DNA from: Selaginella moellendorffii
Taxonomy: Eukaryota; Plantae; Lycopodiophyta
Direction of reading: 5' to 3'
DNA length: 64,000 nucleotides
Assembly: GCF_000143415.4 (NCBI RefSeq)
Contig: NW_003314358.1
Coordinates: 382,731-446,730, forward strand
In this document: positions 10,717 to 22,613 of the stretch, one piece after another
Layout: each line of letters starts with the position of its first letter
How positions within the stretch are numbered: position 1 is the stretch's first letter
Made by a program: the position numbers and the translations under genes
The notes under the pieces: generated by a model
The model's input: only the letters and a program-made list of their open reading frames with translations
Database searches by the model: none
Told to the model about the DNA's origin: nothing

Positions 10717-12066
10717 ATGCTGGCTGTGGCGCTGCCGCTAGAATCCACGCTGTTTCTCAACAGCAAGAAGCAGCAGCTCCGAGCAAGCTCCAGCTCCACA
10801 TTCTTCTCCGGCGCTGGCGGGAACCGCAGGAATTTCATCGCGATTCCTTCCACTCATCGCCACGTCCAGCGGCTCCCCGTTGTGACCGCCACGGTGAAGC
10901 GGACCAAAGACTACGTCCTGGACAAGGTAGTGGAGCGAGAAAAAAAGGTGAAAGTGGTGAACAAGGTGAAGAACATCCTGGTAAAGCAGCCCGGGAAGGT
11001 GATGTCCCTGCGAGATCTTGGGCGATACAGGCACTACATTGGCTTGCAAGCCAAGAGGAGGTTCGTATCACTGCTTCGCAAGTTTCCGGGGGTGTTTATC
11101 ATCTTCGAGGAGGGAGCTGGGTGTATGTACTGTAGGCTTACCGCCAGCGCCGAGGCTCAGTACAAGGAAGAGATGGAACTTAGAAAACAGCTAGAGGATT
11201 CCGCGGTCTTCAGGCTCCGGAAGTTCTTGATGATGTCCGTGGATAGAAGGATCCTGGTGTCGAAGATCATCCATCTCCGGCACGACTTGGGCTTGTCCGA
11301 TGGTTTCCACACGCAGTTCCCGGCCAAGTATCCCGAGTACTTTAAGCTGGTTGATACCGCCATGGGACCAGCGCTGGAAGTTAACAAGTGGGATCCCGAG
11401 CTGGCCGTGACGTTCGAGCAGAAGAAGCTGGAGGCGACACCGCAGGAAGACTACGAGGAGATCACAGTGAGCGGAAGAGTTCCAAAGTTTCCCAGGCTGA
11501 CACTTCCTAGAGGCTACAAGCTTCCCCGGAAGGAGAAGGAGAAGCTCCTCAAGTTCCAGCAGGTGCCTCTCCTATCCCCGTACGACGATTCGAGGGACTT
11601 GAATCCAGCGTCCAAGCAGGCCGAGAAGCGCGCCGTGGCGCTGGTGCAAGAGCTCCTGCACCTCACTCTCGAGAAGAAGACGCTGGTGGACCACCTCACG
11701 CACTTCCGGTCCGACTTCAAGTTCTCGCAGAGGCTGCGAGGGATGCTCATCCGGCACCCCGAGATCTTCTACGTCTCCTTCAAGGGCCAGCGCGACTCGG
11801 TGTTCTTGAGGGAAGCGTACAACGAGAACTCCCAGCTCCTGGAGAAGGATCCGCTGGTGCTCGCAAAGGAGAAGCTGGCAGCGCTTGTTAAGATCGACAA
11901 GAGCGCGATGAAAGTGCTCGACGAGAGCGAGAGCGGCAGCGAAGACGACGATGGCAGCTGGTCCGACGACGAGGATATGTCGCCCGAGACGAGGGAGTTC
12001 CTCGAGGAGCGCCGGAGGAGGAGAGAAGTTATGATCGCCTTGAGACCCAAAGTGGAGCCTTGGTAA
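10717..12066 (+). CDS. WTF1: PORR-domain plastid group II intron splicing factor, WTF1-like
   Basis: Transit-peptide-like N-terminus; KNILVKQPGKVMSLRDLGRYR..RRFVSLLRKFPGVF and EKRAVALVQELLHLTLEKKTLVDHLTHFR..LIRHPEIFYVSFKGQRDSVFLREAY. Confidence 0.88.
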   Translation: MLAVALPLESTLFLNSKKQQLRASSSSTFFSGAGGNRRNFIAIPSTHRHVQRLPVVTATVKRTKDYVLDKVVEREKKVKVVNKVKNILVKQPGKVMSLRDLGRYRHYIGLQAKRRFVSLLRKFPGVFIIFEEGAGCMYCRLTASAEAQYKEEMELRKQLEDSAVFRLRKFLMMSVDRRILVSKIIHLRHDLGLSDGFHTQFPAKYPEYFKLVDTAMGPALEVNKWDPELAVTFEQKKLEATPQEDYEEITVSGRVPKFPRLTLPRGYKLPRKEKEKLLKFQQVPLLSPYDDSRDLNPASKQAEKRAVALVQELLHLTLEKKTLVDHLTHFRSDFKFSQRLRGMLIRHPEIFYVSFKGQRDSVFLREAYNENSQLLEKDPLVLAKEKLAALVKIDKSAMKVLDESESGSEDDDGSWSDDEDMSPETREFLEERRRRREVMIALRPKVEPW

Positions 12067-12386
12067 GCACTAAAGGTACGTCCATGGTATGCGGTCAAGC
12101 GATTCTATAACCTTTCCAGATTATCCGAGAGTTTTCTTAGAGAATGATAATATAACTCTGTGGTGGCTAACCGCATTCTTCTTCTTATCCTTGTAGTTGC
12201 GGCCCCACTTTTCCAGCCGCCATGAAAGCCGCGAGTTTACTCACGGCCGCAGCCGCCACTTACACGTATGTATTTAATGGACTTTCTTCTCTCTTGAGCG
12301 CCATATAGTTTCCATTCGAATTCCAGGATCAAAGCAAAGCATCCGGCGAAGAAGAATCGCGTTGCTCACAAGCAAAGTAGCGGACA

Positions 12387-12783
12387 ATGGTTGGGCTTAT
12401 GGGAAAGTTTTGGGATGGTGTGCTTGATCGGCCCCGAGCCAAGCAAGCTGGTGATGGTAAGCTCGCTCGCTCACTCTCTCTCTCTCTCTCTCTCCAGATT
12501 GCTAATTGGTTTTCTTGGTATCGCCAGAGATGGCTGCGAAGAAAGAAAGAAATGTGGAAGTTCCCAAGGAGAATGTTTCCCGGAAGATCATCCTGGTCAG
12601 GAAGAACACGCCATTGAGCTCGTCGCTGTCTCTCCCGTCCTGGCGAGACGTTCTACAGAAGATGGAAGAATCCGCAGCATCCATGACTACTTTCGAATCA
12701 CTGTAAGTTTCTTTCTTTTTTCTGTCAAACCCATCTCTGATCTCTCGATTCTTTCTGGCAGATTGGAAGTCTGTTCCTGCTGA
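12387..12783 (+). CDS. Small dormancy/auxin-associated (DRM1/ARP)-like protein, 3 exons
   Basis: MVGLMGKFWDGVL resembles the family N-terminus MGLLxKLWDDVV. GT-AG introns ~12457-12527 and ~12703-12761 keep the frame through VSRKIILV..SWRDV. Confidence 0.5.
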
Positions 12784-12841
12784 AACAAAGAAATGTAGCA
12801 AAGTTTCTTGTAAAAATCACTCAATACAGGTCGCGTAAAAT

Positions 12842-13285
12842 CTAGTCTACCTTTGTAGCTCCTCGCTCTGCGGACCGAGAGTAGCAACCTCCTCGCTCTT
12901 CTCGATGGTGTTCAATCGCCCAGGCCTGGTAGCGCTCCATCGCCCCCATGGAATTACCCAGCGATAGTCGCGATGAGAATCCCCAGCGCGTGGCTTGCTT
13001 CTCAATTGCCCTAGATTCCTGCCGGGCCGCTGGTGTTTGGATTGCAATGTGGAAGCCAGGATCGGACGGTGGAGGCGAGGAAGCTGTAGAGGACGCCGGC
13101 CAGTAGAGCAATGGTGCTGGAAGAATCGAGGAAGAAGCCCTAGAGCAATCCAAATTGACACGGAAAAAGAACTCATGCAATAAGAAAGGATAGATCTGTC
13201 TCCTCCAATCCATGGCACAGCTCCATCTCCTCTCCACTCCAGCAGTGGTGAATCTGCACACTGAGCTCGCGATGCCGCCCATTTG
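12842..13285 (-). pseudogene. Decayed paralog of the TMEM45/DUF716 gene at 18586-19533
   Basis: Colinear nucleotide similarity (ctttgtagctcctc..gagtagcaacctcctcgctct..ggtagcgctccatcgcc..cggacggtggaggcgaggaagctgta) with many deletions and frameshifts. Confidence 0.8.
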
Positions 13286-13359
13286 TCAATGGACTGTTGC
13301 TTCATACTCCACAAACGAGAGTTCTAGTAGATAAGAACAAGCTTCTCAGTTCGCTCTGG

Positions 13360-14260
13360 ATCCAACCTTTCATCATGGTGATGGATAATGCTTCCAATGC
13401 TCGAGGAATTTAGAGTGTACCCTGTCAGTGCCATGCATTGAACCTTGTCTTCAAATCATGGGGCACTCTAGACTTCATCATGAGAAAGGGAAGGCAATTG
13501 TTCAGATAGTTAAAATTTCAACACATCTTCACCACTTATTCAGGCAGAACAGAGCAAAGGAGTTAATGTAATCTTCAAGGTTCACTTTGAAGTTTTAACT
13601 TGTGGTTTGGCAGAACCTAAGCAACAGCCAAAGGACAGTGAGATACAACAAAGTTAGCAAGTTTGGGACCTCTTTCATAAGAAATAAAGATTTTGATATT
13701 GAGAGCCAATGGTATGAGTTGACAGATGCATACCAACTATGGATATGTCTGGCAAGCTTAAAACTACATAGAGGACAAAACAAAATGACACCCTTCTTTG
13801 TCAGTAGTGGAAACTTGTGTTGGCTATGCTTGCAAATCGAAAGGACTAAGGATGTGATTATCTGGCTCCACGTGGTGTCTAAACCCATGATACAGATATG
13901 GAATTAGTCAATCAGATATAAGCTCCTATAGATGGCAACTCAATAGTTTTGTTCAAATGAAGAAAATTTCAAGTGGTTTGCAGCCAAATACTTGATGTAT
14001 GACCTGATGTAAAGCCCTTTTGAGGTTATAGGCACTGGACTGGCTGCTAATCTATTTTGAAACTCAATAAAGAAGTAATTGATCCTTTAAAGTTAGACGC
14101 TTGATTAGTATGCAACATTTTGGGCCTTGCTCCTCCTAATTCCACTCACTCTTTCAAACTAAGGCATCTTTGTTTTTGATGCATCTACACAATTTTGCAA
14201 TTTTGTATTTGCTCTAGCAAGATTTTGCAAATTGAGTTGCCCTCTTGCCTTTAGAAAAAA
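13360..14260 (+). mobile_element. hAT-family transposase relic
   Basis: 13375 onward reads MVMDNASNARGI*SVPCQCHALNLVFK (the DNASN and CxxHxLNL hAT motifs); SKFGTSF follows downstream. Multiple stops; termini not found. Confidence 0.6.
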
Positions 14261-14449
14261 TTTTGAGTTAAAAGAATTTAGATTCAAAACTATATAAGTT
14301 TGTGTTTCATAAAAGATTTCATCTCTACTAGTTGCACTTATATTATTGTAATGTATTTTATTTTTCTCCCTTTAAGCCAATTGAAAAAAAGGTAATTGTT
14401 TAATGAGAGAGCCTTTAATAAGTATTTTATCTCCATTTATCCCTTAAAG

Positions 14450-16300
14450 TTCCAAATATTTATAATGAATATATATAAATCTCATCCCATAATCATATAT
14501 GTTACAATTATATTCATTATCTTCTAACCCTCGAAAAGAGATAATGGGCAAAGAGTGAATTATATAGTAGTATGCTCAAGTTTCTTTTAGATCTTCTCTA
14601 TGAAATTCATATAAACTTTATCTCAAAAGTTCTTTTGTAGAGTAGCCTTGGTCAAAAGTCAGGTTTTGAGCAAATCAACATTTATTCATTCTGATTTAAT
14701 CTATATTTTCAAATAAATTTTACTAATAAAATATAAATATAAATATAGATCCAAACACAAAAAAAAATTCTAAAAACACTTCTAAAGCTCCACAATTATA
14801 AGGATTTCCTATTGAATATGATGGTCAATCTTAGAATTTTGGTTCAATTCTTATATAAAAATATAATAGATATGTTTGTAGATTAAATATACCTTTCCCC
14901 TGTTCTCCCTCTATATAAAATCTGGATAGGTATAAGATGGATTTTTGCAGATTTGGACAATGTAGCTAGCACTTTTGACAACTCAATCACAATAATGAAC
15001 TTCTTAACTGTAGCATTAATGTAATTTATTTTTGTGATTGTGCACTTCAACTCCTTTGCCAACTTGATCTTCTCTTCTGCATCCTTCTAAATGGAAAACT
15101 TATATTATACAACCTTCTCATTTCTAATTGGTCATGTATGCCAATTTAATGTTGATATCAATGGTATAGGAATATTAACAATAACATTTAAGAAAGCTTT
15201 CAACTTGAAACCTACTCTCTCTAGACTTCCAATCTTTTTTTTCAAAAGATTGCAACTTCACTTAATTACCCACTTCTTTAGCATGGAATTTATCTTTGAG
15301 ATAATTGAGATGAAGGTTTAGTTTGTATGAGTAACATTTATCCCATAACAGTAAATCCAATTTAATTGGTGGCCATTTACCTTTAAATCTCAATAGCTCT
15401 AGAAGCATGGCATTGCTAAAGAACTCAAGTCTAAGCATACAAATATAAAATATTTACCTCAACTCTCAATCATTCTAGAGCAATGCATATTACTCTTGGC
15501 ACTAATTCTTTAAATTACCTAATTGACATAAGAAATTGCCTTACAAGCAATAATCATTTTAACCTTTAGCACTAAATCTACTTATGTAATAAATGGCACC
15601 TCTTCCACTCCATGTTCCTAAATTCTACTCTGGTGTCATAGAATAAAATGATAGGCAAAATTTAGATAAATGAGAGCTAAAAGGAGTGATATCAAACTCA
15701 TCAAATATCCTTTATATAGACTATTTTATGTCCCCAAGTGGTTTATAATTTGATTTTATAGTGTAAGCAAGATGATTTGTTAAAGTTTAAATATATAACG
15801 GAAAATGCTTATAAAAAAAAATGCACTCTTTTTTTCAATTGATTAAAAATTTTGGGATATTAAGGGTTAAGCATCTTTGGGTTTGGGTAATACTAAATTT
15901 GGTGACTTCTTGAAAAGTTCAAATTTATGAGCTTATACTCAATTCTTTTTTCCTTTATATTACATTGGTTTGATAAAAACCTTTGCAATATTGAGTTTGG
16001 TCCTTCAATAGTTGTTAGATGATAACTTATCATATCCACCAAGACACTCTTGTTATTATGCCCCATGTTTAGTTCTATTAGCTATTTATGAAAAATATTT
16101 AGATCTTTTAATTAAGCATATCTATGGAATATAAATATTGTCTTGAAAAAAATAGTTTAGACGGGGTTCTAGATGTATAGTGGAAGGTTAAACATGGTTG
16201 ACTAATTTAAGATACAATTTAGCTCCTTAAGTATTAATATGCCATTAATATGCTAAAATAGCACTAAAATTTATTTAGCTTTATTTAACTTTGTTTTGCC
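14450..16300 (-). mobile_element. Possible highly decayed retroelement pol relic (AT-rich)
   Basis: Only faint integrase/RT-like fragments; no intact motif seen. Confidence 0.25.
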
Positions 16301-16681
16301 AATTAGGATGTTAAATGCCCTAAGTCCATTCCTATATTACTTATGCTTTTGTTCCTTTACTTTTTAGTTGTATATTAAATGTTTATCTTCATCTCTTCAT
16401 TCAGTGGCTTAAGGTTTTAAAACCTAAATTCCATTCCATTGCTTTTAACACATATGTCCAAGGATTAAGTTTTGCTTCATATAAGGTATAGGGTAAAAAC
16501 AATATGTACTAGAAGTGCAAACCATTCTTGAGCTCAATTTTTAATTGTAATAAAATACAAACATTATAAATTTCAAAAAATTAAGGTTTACAATGAATCT
16601 AATATTTTCAGAACTCACAATAAAAATTTCATATTGCATGTATTTTCGATGGATGATAGTCAGTTTTCCAATATCAACTAT

Positions 16682-16895
16682 AAAGAATCCATTCATGTGA
16701 GTTTTGTTATGAGGTCCTTGTGTTACAAAATTGAAGAGAAATACTAAGGTTACAAAATTGATTCAAACACAGGTAAGTAGGAAGCCCACTCCATCGCACC
16801 TCCAACTTTGCAGCTACAAAGAATCCATTCCTGTGAGTTTTTTATGGGGTCCTTGTGTTTGAGGTTACAAAATTGAACAGAAACGATTCAAACGA
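16682..16895. repeat. ~136-bp period tandem duplication upstream of the UGT pseudogene
   Basis: aaagaatccattc.tgtgagttt..atg.ggtccttgtgtt..acaaaattgaa occurs at ~16682 and ~16818. Confidence 0.75.
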
Positions 16896-16999
16896 AGCTG
16901 ACTAGGAAGCCCGCTGCTCCACTTGACATGGCGGTGGTCGCCCTGCAATTTATGAGAGGATATAAGAGTGCTCTCAGCTGGCTCCCAGACACAGCAGAA

Positions 17000-18173
17000 A
17001 TGAAGCACATTCTCATTCTTCCATTCCTGCTTGCCGGCCATATCACTCCCATGCTAAACCTCTGCTGCAAGCTCGCACGGATCACGCTCCTCATCAACCA
17101 AGACGCGGTCGAGACAGTGGTCAAGATCTACGAGGAGCTCGTGGCCGGGGGAGATCTCAGCGCCGAGGTAGCCTTCACTGTGGAATCGATTCCTTTCTCC
17201 TGGCCTCCGATCCGGCGGTTAGGCCGTGACACCGCAAAGCTTGCCGAGGAAGTCGCCACCAGAGCTCTCGAGTCGAGCAGCGGTCCAATTTCGTTTCTTC
17301 TGTCGGATATTGGACTGGGAGTTCCCAGAGTGGTTCTCTTCATCACCGTGTTCCTGGAGTTTGGGATCATTCTCCAAATGCCACGGCTCATCTCCCAGAA
17401 GATATACAGTCCTTTCACTAGTAAGTTTCTTCTTCCCTGCTCGATCTTGTGAGTTGAACAGAAACCAACGCCAATGATCTCGATGTCAAGTTGATCCAGC
17501 TGCCTGAGTACCCAGCTTTCAAGACTTCGGAAATCCCCCGGTTCCCGCAGTTTCCAGACGCTCTCCAGTGCTACTGGAACGCGCTCCTGCGATGCATGTC
17601 GCGAGCCAGGGAGAACGAGCTCATCCTCGTCAACTCGTGCCACGAGCTCGAAGAAGAGGCCTACGGTGCGGCGCTCGAAATCCACAAGCTCCCAATCCAC
17701 CACTGGTCGCTTTGTCTCCATTGCAGTGGCAGGACTCCGGCGCTACGTCCGAGTGCTTGGAGTGGCTGGACAGGATCAAGTTACCCCGATCTGTCCTCTT
17801 TGCGTCCTTCGGCTCCCTCCTGCAGCTCCCATCGTCCGAGCTCGAAGAGATCCTTCTAGTTGGCGGGTTTTTCACTCACTTTGGCTGGAACTCCGCCTTG
17901 GAAAGCATCTCAGCTGGAGTTCTAATGATCGGGAAACCAATCATGGGAGACCAACTTGGAATCCGGCGGTTTGCAGTGGATCGCTGGAAGATCGCCTTGG
18001 ACATTCCAGAGGACAAGGATAAGAAGTTGCTCAGGGAGGCCGTCAAAGTAGCGTTGCGCGAGCTGTTTGGCAACGAAGAGCTATACGCTAACGCTGCTCG
18101 ACTCAGCAAATCAGTGAAGAAGGCCCAGGAAAGTGGAGGTTCGTACAAATGCTGGGACATGGCTAGGAAGTAA
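17000..18173 (+). pseudogene. UDP-glycosyltransferase (GT1) pseudogene
   Basis: HILILPFLLAGHITPMLNL, ILVNSCHELE, ECLEWLD..SVLFASFGS and GGFFTHFGWNSALESISAGV..GDQ. The first half of the PSPG box (WxPQ) is deleted and the reading frame is broken. Confidence 0.85.
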
Positions 18174-18585
18174 CCCTAAAAACATCTAAAAGCAACGGTC
18201 ACGACTTCTGCTCATTTTACATATAAATAGAATCCTTAAAACCAGAAAAATTAATCATTTTCAATAAGAGTGATATAAATGTGTCTCCGTGGTCTAACAA
18301 GATCTCCTGCTGATGGTTTTTCTCAGGCTTGGGGTTCCATCGCGCTCTCTCGGTCGCCCTACACGTACGTTTGCATGACGTCTGTAGATGCCCAAACAGG
18401 TGACCCCGAAGGATGAGAAGATTCTTTTTTTCGTTTTGCATCAGGGCCTTCTGCATCAGGGCATCAGGGCATCAGTATATGTAAGGAGCGATAGCCAACA
18501 TTATCATCGCCACCTCCACTATTTTCAGTACTGGGAATGAACAAATTTTCCTCCCTGAAACGATTCTAGCGCCTAGTTCTCTCGC

Positions 18586-19533
18586 TCATGGAGTAGCCAT
18601 ACCTTTGTAGCTCCTCCTCCGCGACAAGCTCCGCGGAGCAGGAGTAGCAACCTCCTCGCTCTGGATCTCCAGCTCCTCGATGGTGTGTAACACCCCAGGC
18701 CGCGACCCAAGGCGCTGGTAGCGCTCCATCGCCACGCCTCCGCCGTGGAATCCCACAAGAAACGCATACCCAGCGATGGTCGCCACGAGAATCCCCAACG
18801 CGTGCCATCCAAACACCAACACCTGGATCGATTTGGCCCGCAGGAGGTCGGCGCTCGCGCACACCGGGAATCCCCCGCCCGGATGCGCGCCACAGCCGAG
18901 CGGCAGGAATCTGGGGTAATTGAGGAGCAAGCCAATGTGGAAGAACCACGAGCCCTTGAGCGCCAGGAGCATGCATCGGACGGTGGAGGCGAGGAAGCTG
19001 TACGGATGCGCGATCTCCAGCACCATGGCCAAAACCAGCCCGGCCAGTACGACTTGCATGAGCATGTGGACAAAGCTCTCCAGTGTGTCGCCCGGGTGAT
19101 GGCCCAAGTGGAAGACGAAGAGCTCCATCAGGAACCCTAGCGCGAAGATGCCATGGAGCGCGCCATCGGGCAGCGGGAGGCGGCCAGAGATCTCGCTCGC
19201 CAGGCCGGTGATCGTGTAGGCCAGGAAGAACATCCCAAATGTGATGTGCTGGAGGCGCTGGAGGTGCGCGGATGGGATGTGGCCGCGGCGGAGGTCGGCG
19301 GTGATGTGGGAGATTTGCGTGGCGAGGAAGATGAGCACGGCGAGGAGGAGGATCCAGAGCTCCAGGCATCGCAGCGCGGCTGGGAGCGATGGGATTGGGA
19401 GGGGGAACCACGTCCGGCGCTTGAAGGCATTGGGGGATTTGGCGAAGCTTACCAGCGTGTTGGAGAGATGCCACAGGCCCAGCGAGCCAAACAGGAGGCC
19501 CTGATCGATGTGCGACGGCAGTCCAATCCCCAT
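18586..19533 (-). CDS. TMEM45/DUF716 multi-pass membrane protein, intronless
   Basis: SHIDQGLLFGSLGLWHL, LQHITFGMFF, ELFVFHLGHH..LESFVHML and KGSWFFHIG; about 7 hydrophobic segments. Confidence 0.85.
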   Translation of the reverse strand: MGIGLPSHIDQGLLFGSLGLWHLSNTLVSFAKSPNAFKRRTWFPLPIPSLPAALRCLELWILLLAVLIFLATQISHITADLRRGHIPSAHLQRLQHITFGMFFLAYTITGLASEISGRLPLPDGALHGIFALGFLMELFVFHLGHHPGDTLESFVHMLMQVVLAGLVLAMVLEIAHPYSFLASTVRCMLLALKGSWFFHIGLLLNYPRFLPLGCGAHPGGGFPVCASADLLRAKSIQVLVFGWHALGILVATIAGYAFLVGFHGGGVAMERYQRLGSRPGVLHTIEELEIQSEEVATPAPRSLSRRRSYKGMATP

Positions 19534-20199
19534 TTGGTCGAAAGAACTCGTCAAGGTTTCAAGTGAAAATGTGTTGTTTTATTGCCAATCTTTAGTTTTC
19601 CTTAATATAGAATTATCAAAAATTACTACACATTTTAATTGGATTGTCACAATAGATGGTCACCACTTTTCAAGTAATTTGTGACATATATGGACAGATC
19701 AGAAGATCTATGACAAATTCTAGTTAAGTTTTCTTTCGTTTCATTAGCAAAAACCAAAGCTTTATTTTTGTGATTGCATCAAAGCATGGATGCTAGATCT
19801 AGATGTATTTATTGGTATTCAAGTCTGAATCTTGTAGTATGTAATTAAACTCTTTTGTGAGTACAATCTAGAGTTGCGACTTTTTCTTCATGCCTATTCA
19901 GACATGACCACAAACCAAAGGCCATTTTCCTATACATATCCATATATGCAATTGCATGAAGGATTGCAAGATTCATTTTGTGAATTACACTTGCACAACT
20001 CATCCACCTCAAGTTCTTCCAATCCAAGTCCCTCTACTTTAATTTCCTCTGAGCCAACCTCCCTAATGGTTGCTCCTATCCATTTTCTCCACCATGTAAA
20101 GGAAATTCTTCAATTTTGGTCATCCAGGGTTTGAAGCCAATTTTTCAACACAAGATGGCAAAAGTGGAAGTATGTTCTTTATCAACATCTTTTTCAGTA

Positions 20200-21400
20200 T
20201 GCTGAGTAGGTTGAGTGAGCATGTTAACAGAGCTTAACCTGCCTCCAGTTCAAGATCCTTCAACTCAGCATCGCTCAACCAACTCAGATTGTCTCAGTGA
20301 ATTGAGTGAAAGCTTTAAAGATGGAGGATAAGTTGCCTCCAGCACAAGACAAAGCTTTTACGGACCCGTATCGAGAGTTTGTTCAACAGTAGCAGCAGAT
20401 GCAAGACAAGATCCTCAAGGAGGTGAAGGCCTAACACATCAGAGATGCTGAGCCATCCCCATTTTGCACTCATTGTAAAGTCCACAGACATAAAAGGGAG
20501 AGATGTTGGATTCTCATCCTAAGTGCCTCTAGCTAACAATGCTATGGTTAAGACTCAAACTAGCTACCACAACTTTTACAGCAAAAGAGTCTCGAGGTAA
20601 TTCCATCTTCTAGCAAAGGCAAAGGTCCAACTTCATATATTAGCACTATGTACACCATTCCAAAATATTTTGGGGTTGGAACCAAAAGTCCAAAATCACT
20701 AACTTTTACCCCTAGTACCTCATCCATCACCTTTTTATCCACTTCAATAGCCCAAGAGTTTGGTGATAGTCCAGTGGAGCTTCTATTGTTGGATAAGGCC
20801 TCCAGAGACAAAAACAAAGCTTGAGGAGCCTTTAGATGAAGTCCAAGCTTAGCACCACTATTCAAGGATGCCACTTCTCCTTTCTATATAGCCTTCTTTG
20901 ATGGAGCTTGGTGTCTGTGCCTTTAGCAAGCTGGGATTGGTGTTTGGATTCTTGATCCTCAGGAGAAAAATGTTACTCATCTTGCCATGAGTAGATCCAA
21001 AGCTTGCCTTGCCCAGCTAATGATTCAGAATACTTGGCCATCACATCAGCCTTCAGCTTGCGAAATACCAAGGATTCTACCATGTAAAGTGTGTCAGGGA
21101 TTCACAGCTTGTTGTTTGCCAACTCTCTGGGGGGTACCAGGCATGATCTCCAGCAGCAGGTTATTGAGCTTTGTTGGCACTTTGATCAGGTCAGATTTAT
21201 TAGTGTCTCCCGGAAACAGAATTTTTGGGCAGACAACTTATCTTATGAAGCAATCACTTCAATGAGGAAGGCACAAGCTCAGATGTCTGCAATGACTATG
21301 AAGGATATGGAAGTCATGGTGGATCCCTCCGCAGTAGCATTGATTCAATCTATATTTCTCGGACAGGTTTCTCTCTCTTCGTCTTAGTTATCATGATGTC
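20200..21400 (+). mobile_element. Retroelement relic: CCHC zinc knuckle followed by an RNase HI-type domain
   Basis: 20465 onward reads CTHCKVHRHKRERCW. 20880-21245 reads FFDGA..AGIGVWILDP, NDSEYLA, DSQLVVCQ and VSRKQNFWADNLS, with stops and frameshifts. Confidence 0.6.
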
Positions 21401-22406
21401 TTTCCGTGGGATTACTCTCAACTTCCAGGCATCCCCATGGATGTCATCCACCACGAAATAAAGTTGGTATAGTGAGCTAAACCATTCTGTCATAGAATGT
21501 GTCGATGCCTTTCGTTAAGGGGAATTTCAACAAAACATAAGTTTGCAAAATATAATCATATGCACATTTTGTTATTAAAAATAGAAATAATTCTGACATC
21601 TATAGAACATGCAAAAAGGTTAACTATACCAAAATAGAATTTGTTTTAGCAACTGATGACATTATAAGCTTATTTAGGTATTATCTGTAGTAATAATAAT
21701 AGTAATATGTATTTTGGGCTTTTGCAGCTGGAGGTATGTGGTAACATCACAATCCACTGGATGGCCCTAAGACCACTCTATTAAATGATGAATTTGAGAG
21801 CAAGATTAACCTTATACTACATAATCTTGCTTTTTATATAAAGATAATTTAAACATTATAAAGGTAATCAGCTTTGGATGTTCCATTCTAATAAAGTAAA
21901 AAAAAATTAAAAAATTATTTTTATAAAAAAATATATTTAAAGTTATTAGAAATGCTTAAATATTATAATTTATTATCACTTCTATGATTTCTTTTCTCTA
22001 GTAAAGTCCTAGCTGTATAAATAGCAAGAGATAATCCTAGAAATCTTTCACCACAAGTAAGAGATTTAACTATAGAATCAATACAATCTAAAATTTATAT
22101 AATTAGTACTAAGACCCTATGTTGTAATTACAATTACATATATTAATAATGGATTTATAATTGTTTTAACTTCTTTAAATCATTGACATCTAGAACGTTA
22201 CCAATTACTTTGTAATGCAGTTCTTGATTAAGATATGAGAGTGGCATTACGACCATCGTTTACATCAATTCAAAAAGGTTTATTAAAATGATATTGAGAT
22301 ACTACCTTACGAAATTTTAAAGTATATTTTAGGAAGATTTAGTATTTTTTATGCGGTTGAAGAAAATGAAAATAGCAATGTCTTTTATATTAAACTCATT
22401 TGGAGA

Positions 22407-22581
22407 TGTGAGTGCATGGAATATGGAAAGGGAATACAGAAATGTGCATATCAATTAGCCTAAAAACCCTAGCTTATATACAGGAGCGAGTGGTCCGGAT
22501 TGAAACCAATCCGACGGCTACCAAAATCCCACTACGCTAATATTAGTATACGGCATCGTAGCCGTACACTTGGCCCTCACA
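22407..22581 (-). repeat. 3' LTR, family A copy 1
   Basis: TG..CA ends; 9 differences from 32838-33012. Confidence 0.95.
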
Positions 22582-22613
22582 TCATCCCCTCCTCTCGGAA
22601 TAATGGAAGGCCA

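Noticed and set aside
12470-12495. (CT)n microsatellite
   Set aside because: Ordinary intronic simple repeat.
18566-19566. 302-aa and other alternative-frame ORFs over TMEM45
   Set aside because: GC-rich shadow ORFs with Pro/Arg-biased composition.
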